From contig OZ024749.1 in the NCBI GenBank assembly GCA_964016885.1, forward strand, positions 31,310,001-31,374,000: a DNA stretch of 64,000 nt, given 5' to 3'. Position numbers and translations under genes: made by a program. Position 1 is the stretch's first letter. Each line of letters opens with the position of its first letter. This stretch comes from Eledone cirrhosa (taxonomy: Eukaryota). The notes beneath the pieces are model-generated. The model ran no database searches and was not told where the DNA came from. It worked only from the letters and a program-made list of their open reading frames with translations. Positions 29,751 through 45,803 of this stretch are shown here, in pieces.

Positions 29751-30164
29751 TAAAATAAAGTTAAATAAAAGTCAAATGATTAAAATTTAGCTTCTTTATT
29801 ACTGCTATATATATTTGAGTGACAGCCATCTTTGGCTGTAACCTCTTCAGGCAGTTTGAATTAGACAAGTACATATGTTGTTTAGGTGTATAATATAGTC
29901 AATACTCTGATATGCCCAGTTCCTTGTTGGGTTGTTATTTCACATATGACTCCAGTTCCTCAATGAAATAACAACCCAACAAGGAACTGGGCATATCAGA
30001 CTATTGACAAGATTATACACCTAAACAACATATGTACTTGTCTATACCACACTAATTCAAACTGCCTGAAGAGGTCACAGCCAAAGATGGCTGTCACTGA
30101 AATATATATAGCAGTAATAAATGGAGCTAAATTTTAATCATTTGACTTTTATTTAACTTTATTT

Positions 30165-30166
<2 letters not shown>
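29751..30166. repeat. DNA palindrome, ~190-200 bp arms, 21-nt spacer
   Basis: 29751-29942 versus 29964-30166, with several mismatches and small indels. Confidence 0.95.
30061..30115 (+). ncRNA. Type I hammerhead ribozyme (mirror copy 29801-29855 on - strand has GAAA>CAAA)
   Basis: actgc CTGAAGA ggtcacagcca-aaga-tggctgtcact GAAA tatata TA^(30110) gcagt. Confidence 0.87.
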
Positions 30167-30195
<29 letters not shown>

Positions 30196-30277
30196 ATATA
30201 TATATATGTAGGACCCGGACGGCCGAGCTCTGGTGCGTTATGGTCCACGTGGTTTCGTACCACACGTCCTTAGTTTG

Positions 30278-30309
<32 letters not shown>

Positions 30310-31012
30310 CAAACAGATTAAAGTTTAAGCAAAGAATCGCTGCTTTCACCCTTAACGGGATCTTCTGAAACTAACAAAGTCAATCTGTAAACGCAGAAGT
30401 TAATATTTCAAAAAACGTTGCAACCGGAGGAAGACAGGAAGACGATACTTTGGTTCGTGGTAACGTTCGCTGGCAAAGAACGGGAAAAAACGAATAATAC
30501 GTCATTATTTGGAGCGGTTCAAATCCCGCCGAGGTTAACTTTGCCTTTCATCCTTACAGGGTCGATAAAATAAAGTACCAGTAATACACTGGGTAATTGG
30601 TGGCCTTGTGCCTAACGTAGAAACAATTATTTGGAGCGGTGAAAAACAATTACGCGCAAAGACAGAACCACGTTATGGTATAAAAGAAGTCGTAGACTAA
30701 TGTTCTCTTAGGTGGTTCATAGAGACGTTCTCTGGCAATGAACGAAAAAAACGAAGATAATACGTCATATGTGGAGCGTGGAGAACAATTGCACGCAAAG
30801 AAAAAAGCACGTAAATGGTATAGCAGAAGTCGTAGACTAAAATTCTAACTAGGAGACCGAATGAATCTCCGCTACAGAATTAAGAATAAAGTAAATAAAT
30901 ACTATACAGAGGTAATCGAAATTAAATAAATACATACACGCATACAAATACGTACATACACAAGCATACGCGAAAACACTTACCATAGGTATTCAAAACC
31001 ACGCACATATAA

Positions 31013-31048
<36 letters not shown>

Positions 31049-31503
31049 ATACAAATAAATAAATAATTAAATAAACGTATATAAATAAATTAATACGTAT
31101 ATAACAAGCGCAGACACATACTTATATGTAAATACACAAATGTTCGGAGACGTAAGTCAACCAAAACATGAAGTACACATATACACACACCCTACCTACG
31201 TACGAACCTGCATACTCACACAGACGCAAAAACCCCCGTATACACATAACCAAACCATATGTACCAGAATATATAAAATTATACGCCATAACATATACAA
31301 TCAAATGTACGTACGAGAAATTATTCGTACCTTCACACAACATGCAGGTAATATATACTTACCTATGCAAATAAGTAAATAAAAGATATACTTAGCTACC
31401 ACATCAAGACGTAAAATATCCACGTATAGATCGTACTATCCGTTAGGGTATAACGTGGGGCTGTAATACAGGAAAGTTTTGTGCAATTTATGTTTACAAG
31501 CCA

Positions 31504-31563
<60 letters not shown>

Positions 31564-31612
31564 CATATATATATATAAAGATTTTAGTCTTCAAATTTAT
31601 TATTATTATTAT

Positions 31613-31658
<46 letters not shown>

Positions 31659-31738
31659 ATAATAATAATAATAAATTTGAAGACTAAAATCTTTGCTTAA
31701 ACTTTAATCTGTTATTTTAATATATATATATACAATAT

Positions 31739-31806
<68 letters not shown>

Positions 31807-34526
31807 TGTAATCCATGTATCATAACAGCTATGGCGGCTGCTTGGCACGGATGACAGTTCTCACTGGAGACCTGTTGGTCTGCCGTGTCATATCAAACAC
31901 ATCTATCACGTTGTACTTTAAATAATATACTGACCTATTCCATTAATCTTTCCAGAAGCCCGGATTAATATAATGGAATAAGATGATATACAGTGGCAGC
32001 TTCCATTATATTATGTAATTATTCACTTACACAAATAGCATTCTTCAAGATGTTCTCTTCGTATTTCAGGCAGGTGACAGTTTGGTGGATTTTTCACTAA
32101 GAAAATACACTTCTTTGTGACTACCTCTGCGACAAAGTTTCGGGTCGATTGCAATATTATTTAACCTTTTAACTAAAATACCTGAACTCGATCTAGAGAC
32201 TGTTAGTTTTCAAATGTTGATGTATTTCTAAGCGTCCCTAGCTGAAAGATAAAGGCTGTTTGTTTTCAAATGTAGGTATATATGTAAAATATAACAACTT
32301 GTAATTATAACTGTTTCTACTTTTGACACAAGGCCAGCAATTATCCCAGTGCATAACTGGTACTTTATTTTATCGACCCCGTAAGAGTGAAAGGCAAAGT
32401 TAACCTCGGCGGGATTTGAACTCAGACCGTAAAGGGACGTAATTATGCTGAAAAGCATGATGTACGAACCATAATTTTATATAAAATGGTTTATTAAATT
32501 ATTCCATACGCCATCTTCACAGAATCTGGCGACTAGAGTTCAAACAGCAATGTCGGTCAATGACCAGAAAGCCAAAGGACCTCTAGCCATAAACAACTGT
32601 GATGATCGTGACGAGGAAATGAAAGAAGTTTGTGGTGGGTAATAACAATAATAACAAACATTGATTTTGAAACTGGAAACCACCATATTGTCTATTTCTA
32701 ATTTGGTATCAGGAACCTATTAAAGGAAGAGAAAAGTACAGGAAACGAAATGCGGAAAGGAAACAGAGAAAGAGAGAGAGAGGGGGGAGAGGGGGCAAAG
32801 AGAAAGGGAGAGAAGGCGAAAGTGACAGGAGATTCACAGTCCTTTGAAGAGGGACCAATTTCCTCCGAAGAAAAAAACATGCAGTGATGGAATGAATATT
32901 GCAGAGATGTCCTAAGAATTGTTGCTACTTTTGTCACAAGGTCAGCAAATATCCCAGTACATTACTGGTACTTTATTTTATCCACCCCGTAAGGATGAAG
33001 GGCAAAGTTAATCTCGGTGGGATTGGAATTCAGACCGTGAAGGACCGCAACTCTATGCTACAAAGCTTGGCGTACGACCCTCTACCGATGCTGCCAATCT
33101 CCTTGAAGAATAACTAGTCCGGAAATAGAGGAAGACATCAAGTGACAGACAATTGTTAAAATGGGATGGAATTAAATGGGATGGACTTTCGTTGGTTTAG
33201 ATGATGAGAAAACCTGCTCAAGGAATGAACATGTACGTGACTGAGCAGTCCATGGAACATATGTACCCATAACTTAATTCTCGTAGAGATTTGGAGTATA
33301 CACTGTCACAAGGTGAAGGTTAGTTGGCCAATGGTAAGGATGGTAGACTTTCAATCATAATGTCATGTGTTCGATTCCTGGATTAAGATGTGTGTTGTGT
33401 TGTATTCTTGAGTAATACATTTTATTTCACATTGCTCCAGTATATTCAGCCGAAAATTAGTAACATCAATAGCTGGGGGGTTTAACCCTGTGTTGGACTG
33501 GTTTCCTGTCAAGGGAGCGAGTCTTGTACTCTCAGTCGCTTAACGCCACGAAAACCGAGATACGTACCGGCTTGATGAGATTCCTGGCTCAAGACAGACT
33601 TCAAACTTTAGACTGGCATAAGGCTGGCTCTTTGATTTGCAGGTTCAATCCCTCTGACGGACTTCCAAAACACTTTCTGTGGACCCAGTTTCACTCATAC
33701 GTTTGGGTCGATAAGAGGCTACATTCAATGACACTTCCTATAGATACTACGCAATGAGATCGAACCTGGGATACAATTGGTATACTGTGTGCAGTATCCC
33801 TGGATATTATTACACACTAAATGGTGGATTGGCAGTATAGGTAGAGGGTCGGACAACATGCTTTGACGCAAAGAGTTACGGCCCTTGCCATTCTGAGTTC
33901 AAATCCCGCCGAGGTTAACTTTGCCTTTCATCCTTACGGGGTCGATAAAATAAAGTACCAGTAATGCACTGGGATAATTGCTGGCCTTGTGCCAAAAGTA
34001 GAAACAATTATTACACACTAAATCAAATATATGCCAAGGATGTGACTCACTTTTGTTTCATTTACCTCACGCAAATAATGGTTTCTGATTTAGGGTCAAG
34101 GACTGTAGGCGATGGAAAGGTCGATGAAATCAAACGGTGTGCGTTACTGGTACTTAGTTTTATCGACCATGTAAGGATGAACCATAAAGTATGCGATCTG
34201 AAAATTTAAGATTCACAAGGCTCCAGTACGAACAATAGATTGCGAGCAGAATGGTACCGTTATCTAGCCAAATTAAGCAGTTCTTGGGTCACATTCCTAC
34301 GTGTTATTTTATGTACCTTCTAAAATAATATTTTTATTGGGTGTTTTCAACATGTCTGTATGGTCACGAAACTCATGTGGGAGTCGTGGCGGTGTTGTAT
34401 TGGTATACAGCGTTTCTTGGGTATTTTAAGTCTGGCTTTTTATCGACCTCGAAAGGGTTAAAGGCAAAGTTGACTACGGCGGGATTTGAACTCAGGGAGG
34501 AAAGAGTCGGAACGAATACCAAAAAT

Positions 34527-35027
34527 CAGAGGTTCTCAAAGTGAGTGCCACCCCACACCGGGGGAGGGTAGAAGAACCAGGGGACGCCTATGAGGGCGCT
34601 GGGTGTGGTAGATATGATATAATAATATATTAAATATCAAATGATACATATTATATATAGATATAGTAAAATAAAAAATATATATTTATTTATCTGTACA
34701 TAGTATATATTATATCATTTATTATATATTGCGGATTGGCAGTATCGGTAGAGCGTCGGACACCATGCTTTGCAGCATAAAGTTAAGGCCCTTTATGATC
34801 TGAGTTGAATTCCCGCCGAGGTTAACTTTGCCTTTCATCCTTACGGGGTCGATAAAATAAAGTATTGTTGGCCTTGTGCCTATATAAGAAACGATTATAT
34901 AAAAACTAACAATTTTATTTATTATATATTATTTACAATTTGCCTGTAGGCATGTCTCTCTGGAAATATGGGTCGGGGCGCTGTGGTCGTGATGAGGGCC
35001 GTGACGTCAAAAGTTTGAGAGTCTCTG
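34527..35027. mobile_element. hAT-like MITE that interrupts an old SINE and carries a nested SINE (34730-34898)
   Basis: TIRs cagaggttctcaaa / tttgagagtctctg; TSD degraded. Confidence 0.7.
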
Positions 35028-36189
35028 CTGTAAATGATTATATCCGACGTCCTAACGACTCTGCCAATTTATTTGCCGCCTTTGTTTTCAACATAGTTTT
35101 CTATGTGGATTATCAGTATCAGTAGAGGGTCGGACGCCATGCTTTCCAGCATAGTTACGTCCCTTTACGATCTGAGTTCAAATCCCGCCGAGGTTGACTT
35201 TGCCTTTCATCCTTACGGGGCCGATAAAATAAAGTACCAGTAATGCACTGGGTATTTGCTGGCCTTGTGCCTAAAGTAGAAACAATTATAAGTATTAGGG
35301 CGGTGGATTGGCAGTATCGATAGAGGCTCGGACGCCATGCTTTGCAACATAGAGTTACAGCCCTTTATGAACTGAGTTCAAAACCCGCCGAGCATAACTT
35401 TGCCTGTCACCCTTACGGAGTCGATAAAATAAAGTACCAGTCACGCACTGGGGTCGATTTAATCGGCTTTCCCCTAGCCCCAAATTGTTGGCCTTGTGCC
35501 TATATATGAAACCAATATTTATTATATGCATATATTTTTACATATTTGTGTGTGTGTGTGAATGCTTCTGTGTAAACCGTCCACGACGCATTCACCTTAT
35601 TTTCCTATAATTTGCCTTGTTATCTATAATCCCTCCATGGTTTTTAACCTCTCCCGTTATCGTATATATGAATGACAACGTATCTAATTGCCTCTACGTG
35701 ACTAAATAAGGAAAAATCACTTCTATCATCATCACCATCATTACCATCTTCATCACCAATATTATAATCATCATCATCATCAGCATCAATATTATTAATA
35801 TTGATATTATATGTAGTAGTAGTAGTAGTAGTAGTAGTGATGGTGGTGGTGGTGGTGGTAATAGTAAAATTATTATTATTGTTAATAATTGTTTCTACTT
35901 TTGGCACAAGGCCAGCAATTATACCAGTGTATTAGTGGTACTTTATTTTTTATCGACCCCGTAAGAATTAAAGGTAAAGTTAACCTCGGCGGGATTTGAA
36001 CTCAGTCCGTAAAGGGACGTAACTATGCTGCAAAGCATGGCGTCCGACCCGCCACCGATACTGCCAATCCACCGCCCTATTATTGTTAATAATATCAACA
36101 ATATCATCAACGTTATTTTTGTTATTAATTCGTCTGAAAAATGATTATTATTATTTTGAAAGAGAAAGATGGGGGGATAGATATAATGT

Positions 36190-36205
36190 GGAAGAGAGAG
36201 AGAGG

Positions 36206-36269
<64 letters not shown>

Positions 36270-36622
36270 ATGGCAATAGATAAAGAGAGGTGTACGGAGG
36301 GAGAGAAAGGGAGACAGATTGAGAGATGGAGGGAGGGCAGATAGAAGTAGGAATGAGAGATATAGAAGAGGGAGAGATAGAAAGAGAGAGAGAGGAACAT
36401 ATAGATGGAGGAGAGAGATAAAGAGAGGTGTAGTGAGAGATACAGAGAAGAGAAAGAAATAGAGAGGTTTACTGAGAGCTAGAGAAGAGAGTGATAGAGA
36501 AGTAGAATAAGAGATAGAGCAGAGAGAGATAGAGAGGTGGAATGAAAGATAGAGAGAAGAGGGAGAGATAGAGACAGAAGAGAAAGATAAAGAGAAATAT
36601 ACCGAGAGACAGAGATGTGGGG

Positions 36623-36677
<55 letters not shown>

Positions 36678-36850
36678 AAGGAACATATAGAGGGAAAAGA
36701 GAGATAAAGAGAGGTGTAGTGAGAGATACAGAGAGATGTAGGGAGATAGATAGATAGATAGATAGATAGAGAGAGAGAAAGGAACAGATAGAGGGTAGAG
36801 AGAGATAAAGAGATGTGTAGTGAGAGATACAGAGAGATGTAGGGAGATAA

Positions 36851-36923
<73 letters not shown>

Positions 36924-37065
36924 GAGAGGGGAACAGATAGAGGGTAGAGAGAGATAAGGAGAGATGTAGCGAGCGACAGAGAGATGTAGGGAGATAGATA
37001 GATAGAGATGTAGTGAGAGAGAGAGGAGGAGAATAGAGATGAAGAGAGGTGTAGTGAGAGATACC
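36190..37065. repeat. (AG)n/(AGAT)n purine-rich low-complexity block
   Basis: Direct inspection. Confidence 0.97.
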
Positions 37066-37248
37066 AGAAACCAAACGAATGTATATAAATATTTATGAGA
37101 TTTGAGGACAATAATTTCTATCGTTCCTTTCTTTGCTAGTTTGTAATTGTCATCATCGAGGTTAAACTGATTAGAAAATCGCCATATATGGATAGTTTAG
37201 GAAAATTACTTGAAATGATCCCGTTAGCTTAGGAATTATAATTTAAAA

Positions 37249-38157
37249 TGTATTTTACAAACCTAATTAGAGTCGCTTGACACCAAGATGTAAATTGAGA
37301 TAAAACTAAATAGTGAGATTCCGTCGGTTACGACGACGAGTGTTCCAGTTGATATCATCAATGGAACAGTTTACTTTTTTACTCTTTTACCTGTTCCAGC
37401 CATCCCATGAAATTAACGTGCAAGTGACTGAGGGTTCCACAAACACAAACATGTGCAGTTCGCAGGGAGATTCAGCGTGGCACACAAACATGTATTTTAC
37501 AAACCTAATTAGTCTCGCTTGGCACCAACATGTAAATTGAGATAAAACTAAATACCGGTACTCCGTCTGTTACGACGATGCGTGTTCCAGTTGATACCAT
37601 CTATGGAACAGCTTGCTCATGACATTAGCGTGTAATGCCTGAAGGTTCCACACACACAAACACGTATACTCTTATGGTAGTTCTCAGGGAGATTCAGCGT
37701 GATACACAAACATGTATTTTACAAACCTAATTAATCTCGCTTGGTACCAAGATTTAAATTGAGATAAAACTAGATAGCGGAATTCCGTCGGTTACGACGA
37801 CGATTTTTCTACTCGATACCAACAATAGTTGGTATCAACTGGAAAAATCAGCCTGCTTATGAAATTAACCTGATGGAACAACCTGCTTATGAAATTAACA
37901 TGCAAGTGGCTGAGCATTCCACAGACACAAACACAACGTACCTTTAACGTAGTTATCAGGGAAATTCAGAGTAACACAGAGTGTGACAAATCTGGCGCAT
38001 CAAATTACAGGTACAACTCATTTTTGCCTGCTGGGTGGACACTGGAGCAACGTGAAATAAGGTGTGTTACTCAAGGACACAATGCGCCTCCGGGACTGGA
38101 ACTCAAGACCTTACGATCATGAGCCGAATATCCTAACAAAGTCACGTGCCTTCACAG
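37249..38157 (-). mobile_element. Second SINE type with its 3' part tandemly triplicated (~220-240 bp units); relatives near 2440-2740, 24630, 33320 and 45405
   Basis: tRNA-like head at 38090-38157; tgtgtccttgagtaacacac domain; atgtattttacaaacctaatta recurs at about 37249, 37490 and 37712. Confidence 0.75.
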
Positions 38158-38372
38158 ATAAAGCTAAATAACTAAAGAACAAATGAACAGCCATATTCTT
38201 TTATACTTTTTATACTTTTGTTCGTTTCACTCATTAGCCTGCGATCATGCTGGGGCAATGCCTTGATTTAGCTAATCATGCTTACTTTATGAAGTCCGAA
38301 AACTGATTGTCGAATCGCTAGTTTGCGGGATTTAAACTCAGATACAGTCACAAGCGTAAATAGGCACACACG

Positions 38373-38468
<96 letters not shown>

Positions 38469-38859
38469 CACAAATACACAAACACACACACTCACATATG
38501 TATATAGGAGCCTTCGGCTGGAAAGTTTATAGGCTGTTCAACATGGTCTTTTGAAAGAAACCATACAACTATTAATAAGATGAGTTGAAATTAATGCAAT
38601 CACTCATTTGAGTCAACAGTCATACAGTAGGCTTCTGCAATTCCGTCTAACAAGACCATTTCTCAAAACATTTTTCAATCCGATTGGATATGAGAAGTAA
38701 TTTGACCGAAGTATCGCGAGAGCTGGACTGGACTTTGAACCACGTAACTACAAGGGAATTCCTTAAATACATTGCCATGCCTGCTCTAAGTATAGTATTG
38801 TTATATTGAAATACAGGGTATTTGTGGAAGAAGTATTTTTTAAAGATTCATCATCACCA

Positions 38860-39400
38860 TGGCCACCATAGTCAAACATTCCAAACAACGTCTCTCTATA
38901 ATTCACGATTTTCCATTGTTCCTGGCAAATGCTCTCTACTAAGGTTTGTATCGTCTCAGAGTTGATCGATGAATGTTCGGACAAGTCTTCCTATACTGCC
39001 GCTCCCATAAATTGGTTCTCACAATGGTAGCTTGTCTATAACTTCCTGCTTACTTCCAGAAATGTCCTGCAAATCGCAACCGTTTTTGAGCAATTATAGT
39101 TGTTATCTTGGGAAACTTTCCATATACATTTTCATTTGTAATATGTTAGCCCCAGTTTAAGTATATAATGTATGTATATATTATATATTCCTTCAGTATT
39201 GGTACATTTGTTTAGAGACTAATATATCATATGTTATAGATATATATGTAAAGTAACTTGTGCATAATTCCCTGCTTACTTGTCCAGCAATGTCAAGCAA
39301 ATCGTAACCGTTTTTGAGAATTCTAGTCGTTATCTTGGGCAAGATGCCGTATAAAGAATCATAATAATATTTAATACATGGATCTCCATCGATTTCCAAG
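38860..39400 (-). mobile_element. RTE-clade LINE 3' end fragments (partially duplicated)
   Basis: HITNENVYGKFPKITTIIAQKRLRFAGHF..EPIYG..GR..TFIDQL.DDT; 39263-39352 repeats 39038-39126. Confidence 0.85.
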
Positions 39401-39725
39401 ATCAATATTTTAATTGTTAGATGAATTGAATTAAGGTGAAGTGATTAGGTGTTCCGTAGAGATGTCTTCGCCTGAACAGTTTCTTTGATACAATGTTTTA
39501 CTCAAAATGCTTCGATAAAACTGAGGCTACAGGATCGAACACCAGAACTTATGAATCTGGAGACGAACGTCTTAACCACTTGGTCACGCCTGTGAGACAT
39601 GTGTATAGATTACAACGCATACATTTACACACATATACCTATACCCAAGTACCCATAATGATACAAACGCATTGACACCCACTCACACGTACACACATAC
39701 ACACACAGTCTCGCACGCACAATGG

Positions 39726-39756
<31 letters not shown>

Positions 39757-40019
39757 CTACAGATATACACACCCAATCATATACGATCACATACACGACA
39801 CACATTCTCAATTTCTGTTTGAATGCTTTACAATTATATAAAGTAATTGAAGCTCCATCGATTATAACTATCAGTATTCCAGTCGATCAACATCTGAACT
39901 AGTGTGTAGGAATTACCAATTCTACAGACTGGTCTACTGTTCCTTGCAATCTCCATACATTTTATCTGGGTTTACATGTTGCATTAATCGACTGGGCACA
40001 GAAGACTCTATATATATAT

Positions 40020-40429
40020 ATAGTAGAATAATCGAGTATCGAAAAATCGGCGCACGAGTTCACGATAAACAAAATTCGATATGAGCGGCAAAGGGCTCAA
40101 TAATTTAGATAAATCAGAGCTATAACTATCGTTAAAATACCGTCACACATAGAACAAGTCTATAATCAACCATACAACCGAAACATTGCGATCTGGAAGA
40201 TTCGGGACACTCAGATAAAAAATCAATAAATCAATAAATCAAATGAATGTAAAAAGCATACCCCGGACCCGCTAGAAAGATGGTAAATCTAGCTTCTTGG
40301 GTTTCTGTAAATCCTTAAACTGTCCTCTATCAGCTCACATAAAGATATATAAGACTTCTAGGTGCCAGCGGACGGGAGTTTACTTCCTCAACGAGCTTTG
40401 TCCCAACGAATGAAAAGGCATAACCTAGG

Positions 40430-40432
<3 letters not shown>
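40020..40432. repeat. Diverged TA-embedded repeat; second copy at about 44620-45000
   Basis: Collinear shared words: gcggcaa, gctcaat.att.agat.aa.cagagctataac, ggaccc, tggtaaa, tgggtttctg, ctcaac. Confidence 0.75.
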
Positions 40433-40523
<91 letters not shown>

Positions 40524-40548
40524 CATATATACATATATACATATATAC

Positions 40549-40661
<113 letters not shown>

Positions 40662-40962
40662 CATATATATGTATATATATAATTATGTATATATAAACGA
40701 AAATGTATGTCTGTATGCAGTGGATGCATTTCCAGAATTTCCATCCGATTTGGTTCCAAATTGATACATAGGTTATTAAACTGCCATGTAGTTACCATGT
40801 AGTTTAAATCATTCTCTCCACTGGAATAGCCGAGTTGTGGGTCTATTTAGAGAAGACACTGTTGAGGAGAGAGGGGCTTTTTAATTTACAGTGGCGAAAG
40901 GTGTACCCGGCAACGACGGACTCTTGCTAGTATATATTCTTATTCGACGGACTGTTTTGGTA

Positions 40963-41016
<54 letters not shown>

Positions 41017-41133
41017 CGATTGGCAGATGGTGATGCAATAAGAAAACAGTATTCGACGTTATTATTGCTACAAGTGTTAGGATTAAAATCAACATCAGCA
41101 ACAATAATGATATACTACCAAATGATTCTGTGA

Positions 41134-41207
<74 letters not shown>

Positions 41208-41558
41208 TGGCGCACATGTAGCCTTACTGATCGCATTATCACCTGTGACAAGAAATTGTAGCAAAATACTTAACGCGAAGGGCGGAGCTGAACGTAAAAT
41301 TAGCAACACATATCGATCAGCAATTTTTTTTTATTTTTTATTTTTATTTTATTTGGTTTTGTTTTGAATAATATCATTTACAAAATTGTTAAGAAATGTA
41401 ACATCGTTCTTCATTTGGGTTTATTATGAAAATAAACAAGAAAAAACGAGATTCAAGCATAAGAATAGCAACAACAACAACAACAACTGCAACAACAACA
41501 ACAATGAAATAAGACAAGCGATCAATAACAATAAAATTAAGAAACATTATTGTAAACG

Positions 41559-41638
<80 letters not shown>

Positions 41639-42019
41639 AAGAAGAAGAAGAAGAAGAAGAAGAAGAAGAAGAAGAAGAAGAAGAAGAAGAAGAAGAAGAA
41701 GAAGAAGAAGAAGAAGAATGATGATGATGAAAATGATGATGATTTCACGAAATTGTATTGATTTTTATTTCTTTAAACATAATTTATTTATTTGAATTAT
41801 TTGAGTTTTTCATCATCTAATAGTTTGTGACTCTTACTTTTCTCTTAATATCTTTAAATCGAAGAATCGGTGAATATATCTTTCTTCAGAATCGAATTTG
41901 AGCTCTTCAATATATTTTTCTTGGGAATCGAATTTCTCCGCAATCGATGTGTGAAATTATAATTCACCCTCTCTTCCTTGTCTTGCGTTTTAACGCTTTT
42001 TATTTCACTACTGCTGCTG

Positions 42020-42080
<61 letters not shown>

Positions 42081-42708
42081 GATAAAGATAACTGTCTAGC
42101 CCGCTCGCTAACGATCGTTACTGATTGCAACTTGAGCTGATCAATCGAGAAAGGCACGTCACGTGTGAATACCTATACTGCTACTTCTATCCGGCTTCTT
42201 TTTATTATTGTTATTAACATTCTACACCTTAAGGGTTCCTATAATTGTAGAATCCCACAACGCTAGCCGGAGCGGAATATTAACATTAAGTACTCAAACT
42301 GGTGAACATTACAAGACATTGCACAGCAATACACGATCGATATATATATGTATATATATATATATGTATATATATGTATATATATGTATATATATATATA
42401 TGTATATATATGTATATATATGTATATATATATGTATATCTATATATGTATATATATATGTATATGTATGTATATATATGTGTATATATATGTATATATA
42501 TGTGTATATATATATATGTATATATATGTATATATATATGTATATATATATATGTATATATATGTATATATATATATGTATATATATGTATATATATATG
42601 TATATATATGTATATATATATGTATATATATATGTATATATATGTATATATATATGTATATATATGTATATATGTGTATATATATATATGTATATATATA
42701 TGTATATT

Positions 42709-42741
<33 letters not shown>

Positions 42742-42748
42742 GTATATA

Positions 42749-42797
<49 letters not shown>

Positions 42798-43025
42798 ATA
42801 TATAGGAAAAAGTATGACCCCGGCGGCAGAGCTGGAGCCATTTTGACGGCTATTTCTGGACTAAATTAGAATAAAATTCGGGATCATACTTTTTCCTATT
42901 TCCCTCTCTACAACCATAAGTATTGAGTATTCTGGTGCGTTATGGTCCATCTGGTTCCTTACCACAATTCTTTTGTTATATATATATATATGAATATGTA
43001 TATATATATATATGAATATATATGA

Positions 43026-43101
<76 letters not shown>

Positions 43102-43136
43102 GTATATATATATATATATGTATATATATACATATG

Positions 43137-43167
<31 letters not shown>

Positions 43168-43193
43168 GTGTGTATATATATATAGAGAGAGAG

Positions 43194-43237
<44 letters not shown>

Positions 43238-43765
43238 GTAATAATAATGTGAAGAGTAAAATCCAAAGAGGGCTCGATAAGGATAAATATGTATCAAAAA
43301 TATATAAGAACCCTATAGCAAATATTTATTAAAATAACAGATAAAGTGTAAGCAAAGAATTGCTGCTTTCCCCCTTAACGGAACCTTCTGAGAAAATCCC
43401 GTTATATAAAAAATATTCCCCCCACAAAGCAGATAACAAAATTATTAGCCTACTCTGTTTCATAACACTGGCATTGCAACCTAGTAACCCAGTTGCATAG
43501 AAGTTAGTCGACATTGCGTTTAGAAATTATCGGCATTCCTTCAGATCTTCTTTCTGTCATCTTTTTTAGAGGAATTAAATATGCAAATTTTAAGTAGACC
43601 TTTTCCCCTCTTCTTTTCCATTTCGTAATTCATTGAAATATATATGTAGCATATATTATATATATATTATAGTTGAAACAGAAAACATAAAAAAACAAAA
43701 AAATACAAAGCGTAGAAGCAGTACAAAGTGTTAATATTAGGCTCAAGCTTGAGTGGATATATATA

Positions 43766-43842
<77 letters not shown>

Positions 43843-43861
43843 ATATATATGTGTGTGTATA

Positions 43862-43964
<103 letters not shown>

Positions 43965-44059
43965 GTATATATATATGTGTATATATATATGTATATATAT
44001 ATATATATATATTTATGTATATATATATTTGTATATATATGTATATATATATGTGTATA

Positions 44060-44108
<49 letters not shown>

Positions 44109-44245
44109 GTATATATATATTTGTATATATATATATGTATATATATATATATGTATATATATGTATATATATGTATTTATATGTATATATATGTATTTAT
44201 ATATATATGTAAATATATATAAATGTATGTATATAGATGTATATG

Positions 44246-44278
<33 letters not shown>

Positions 44279-44580
44279 AAATATATATAGAGGTGTGTAT
44301 ATAGTGTATATGTATATATGTATATATATATATACATATACATCTATATACATACATCTATATATATATATATATATACAAGCACACACACACATATATA
44401 TATAGATATATGTATGTATATATATATAGATGTATGTATATAGATGTATATGTCTATATATATATATATACATGCACACACACACATATATATATATATG
44501 AATATATGTATGTATATATATATAGATGTATGTATATAGATGTATATGTCTATATATAAATATGTGTGTGAGCATGTATG

Positions 44581-44620
<40 letters not shown>

Positions 44621-45150
44621 TAAACAAACATAAATTATCGAGATTCGCATTTCTGCCCACGAAATAACGAAAAACAACCTCCGAGATATGCGGCAAGTGC
44701 TCAATGATTCAGATGAACCAGAGCTATAACAAACGTTAAAGGCCAAAGACACTGAGACGATGGACAAACAATCATTCGTATAGCCAAAAAAAAACGATCA
44801 AGTAATTCGGGTATTGAAAATTTACCTGGACCCCTGGAAGCTTGGTAAAATCCAGTATATGGGTTTCTGCGGCTCCTAAATCAAGTACTAAATAATGTCA
44901 GGCTTCTGGTAAGATGATTGAACAAGGAAGCCACTTTCTCAACAGGTTTTAGTTCAATGTTAATACAAGGACTGACTATTGCTGACCCCACGTGGGGATC
45001 GGAAAGATTTGCCAAGCTTAATTTCAAGATCAATTGGTGCAATATTCAAATGTAATTCAATGTTTTATGTCTAATTGTGTTCAACATTGGAATTAATGAA
45101 TGTAAATGCATTGACAAAAACACTAACCCACTACACATGTATATATATAT

Positions 45151-45220
<70 letters not shown>

Positions 45221-45237
45221 ATATATTTATATACATA

Positions 45238-45269
<32 letters not shown>

Positions 45270-45303
45270 AATATTTTTATATACATATATATATATATAT
45301 TTA

Positions 45304-45341
<38 letters not shown>

Positions 45342-45772
45342 CATATATATATATATGTGTATGTGTGAGTGCGTGTTTGTGTGTGTGTCTATGTGTGAAG
45401 GTACATCGTTTCGCGGTTAGAGAGTCCGGCTTACAATCTCGCACCGGGCTTTGCGTTGTGTTCTTGAGCAAGAGTCTTTATTTCACCATGCTCCAGTTCA
45501 CTCAGCTGTAGAAATGAGTTGCAACGTCACTGGTGTCAAGCTGTATCGGAGTTTGTATTTTCCTTGGACAGCAACGGTCGCGTGGATAGGAGAGACCGGT
45601 ATGCATGGGTGACTGCTGGTCTTCCACAACATTGCCCGGACTTGTGCTTCCGAGGGGAACTTTCTAGGTGCAAATTCCATCGTCATTCATGACTCAAGGT
45701 GGTCTTTACTCTGTGTATATATATATATATGAGATTATAGTTTAACTATTTTCATTGGTATATAGATATATT

Positions 45773-45803
<31 letters not shown>

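Noticed and set aside
30361-30367. CAGAAGA as a variant hammerhead core
   Set aside because: The 43.4 kb relative shows this word is part of a hairpin arm rather than the core.
32523-32638. Plus-strand open exon candidate NLATRVQTAMSVNDQK..
   Set aside because: Weak splice signals, no partner exon, no recognisable homology.
39193-39405. Exon-like ORF with gtaagc donor
   Set aside because: Explained as a duplicated RTE LINE fragment.
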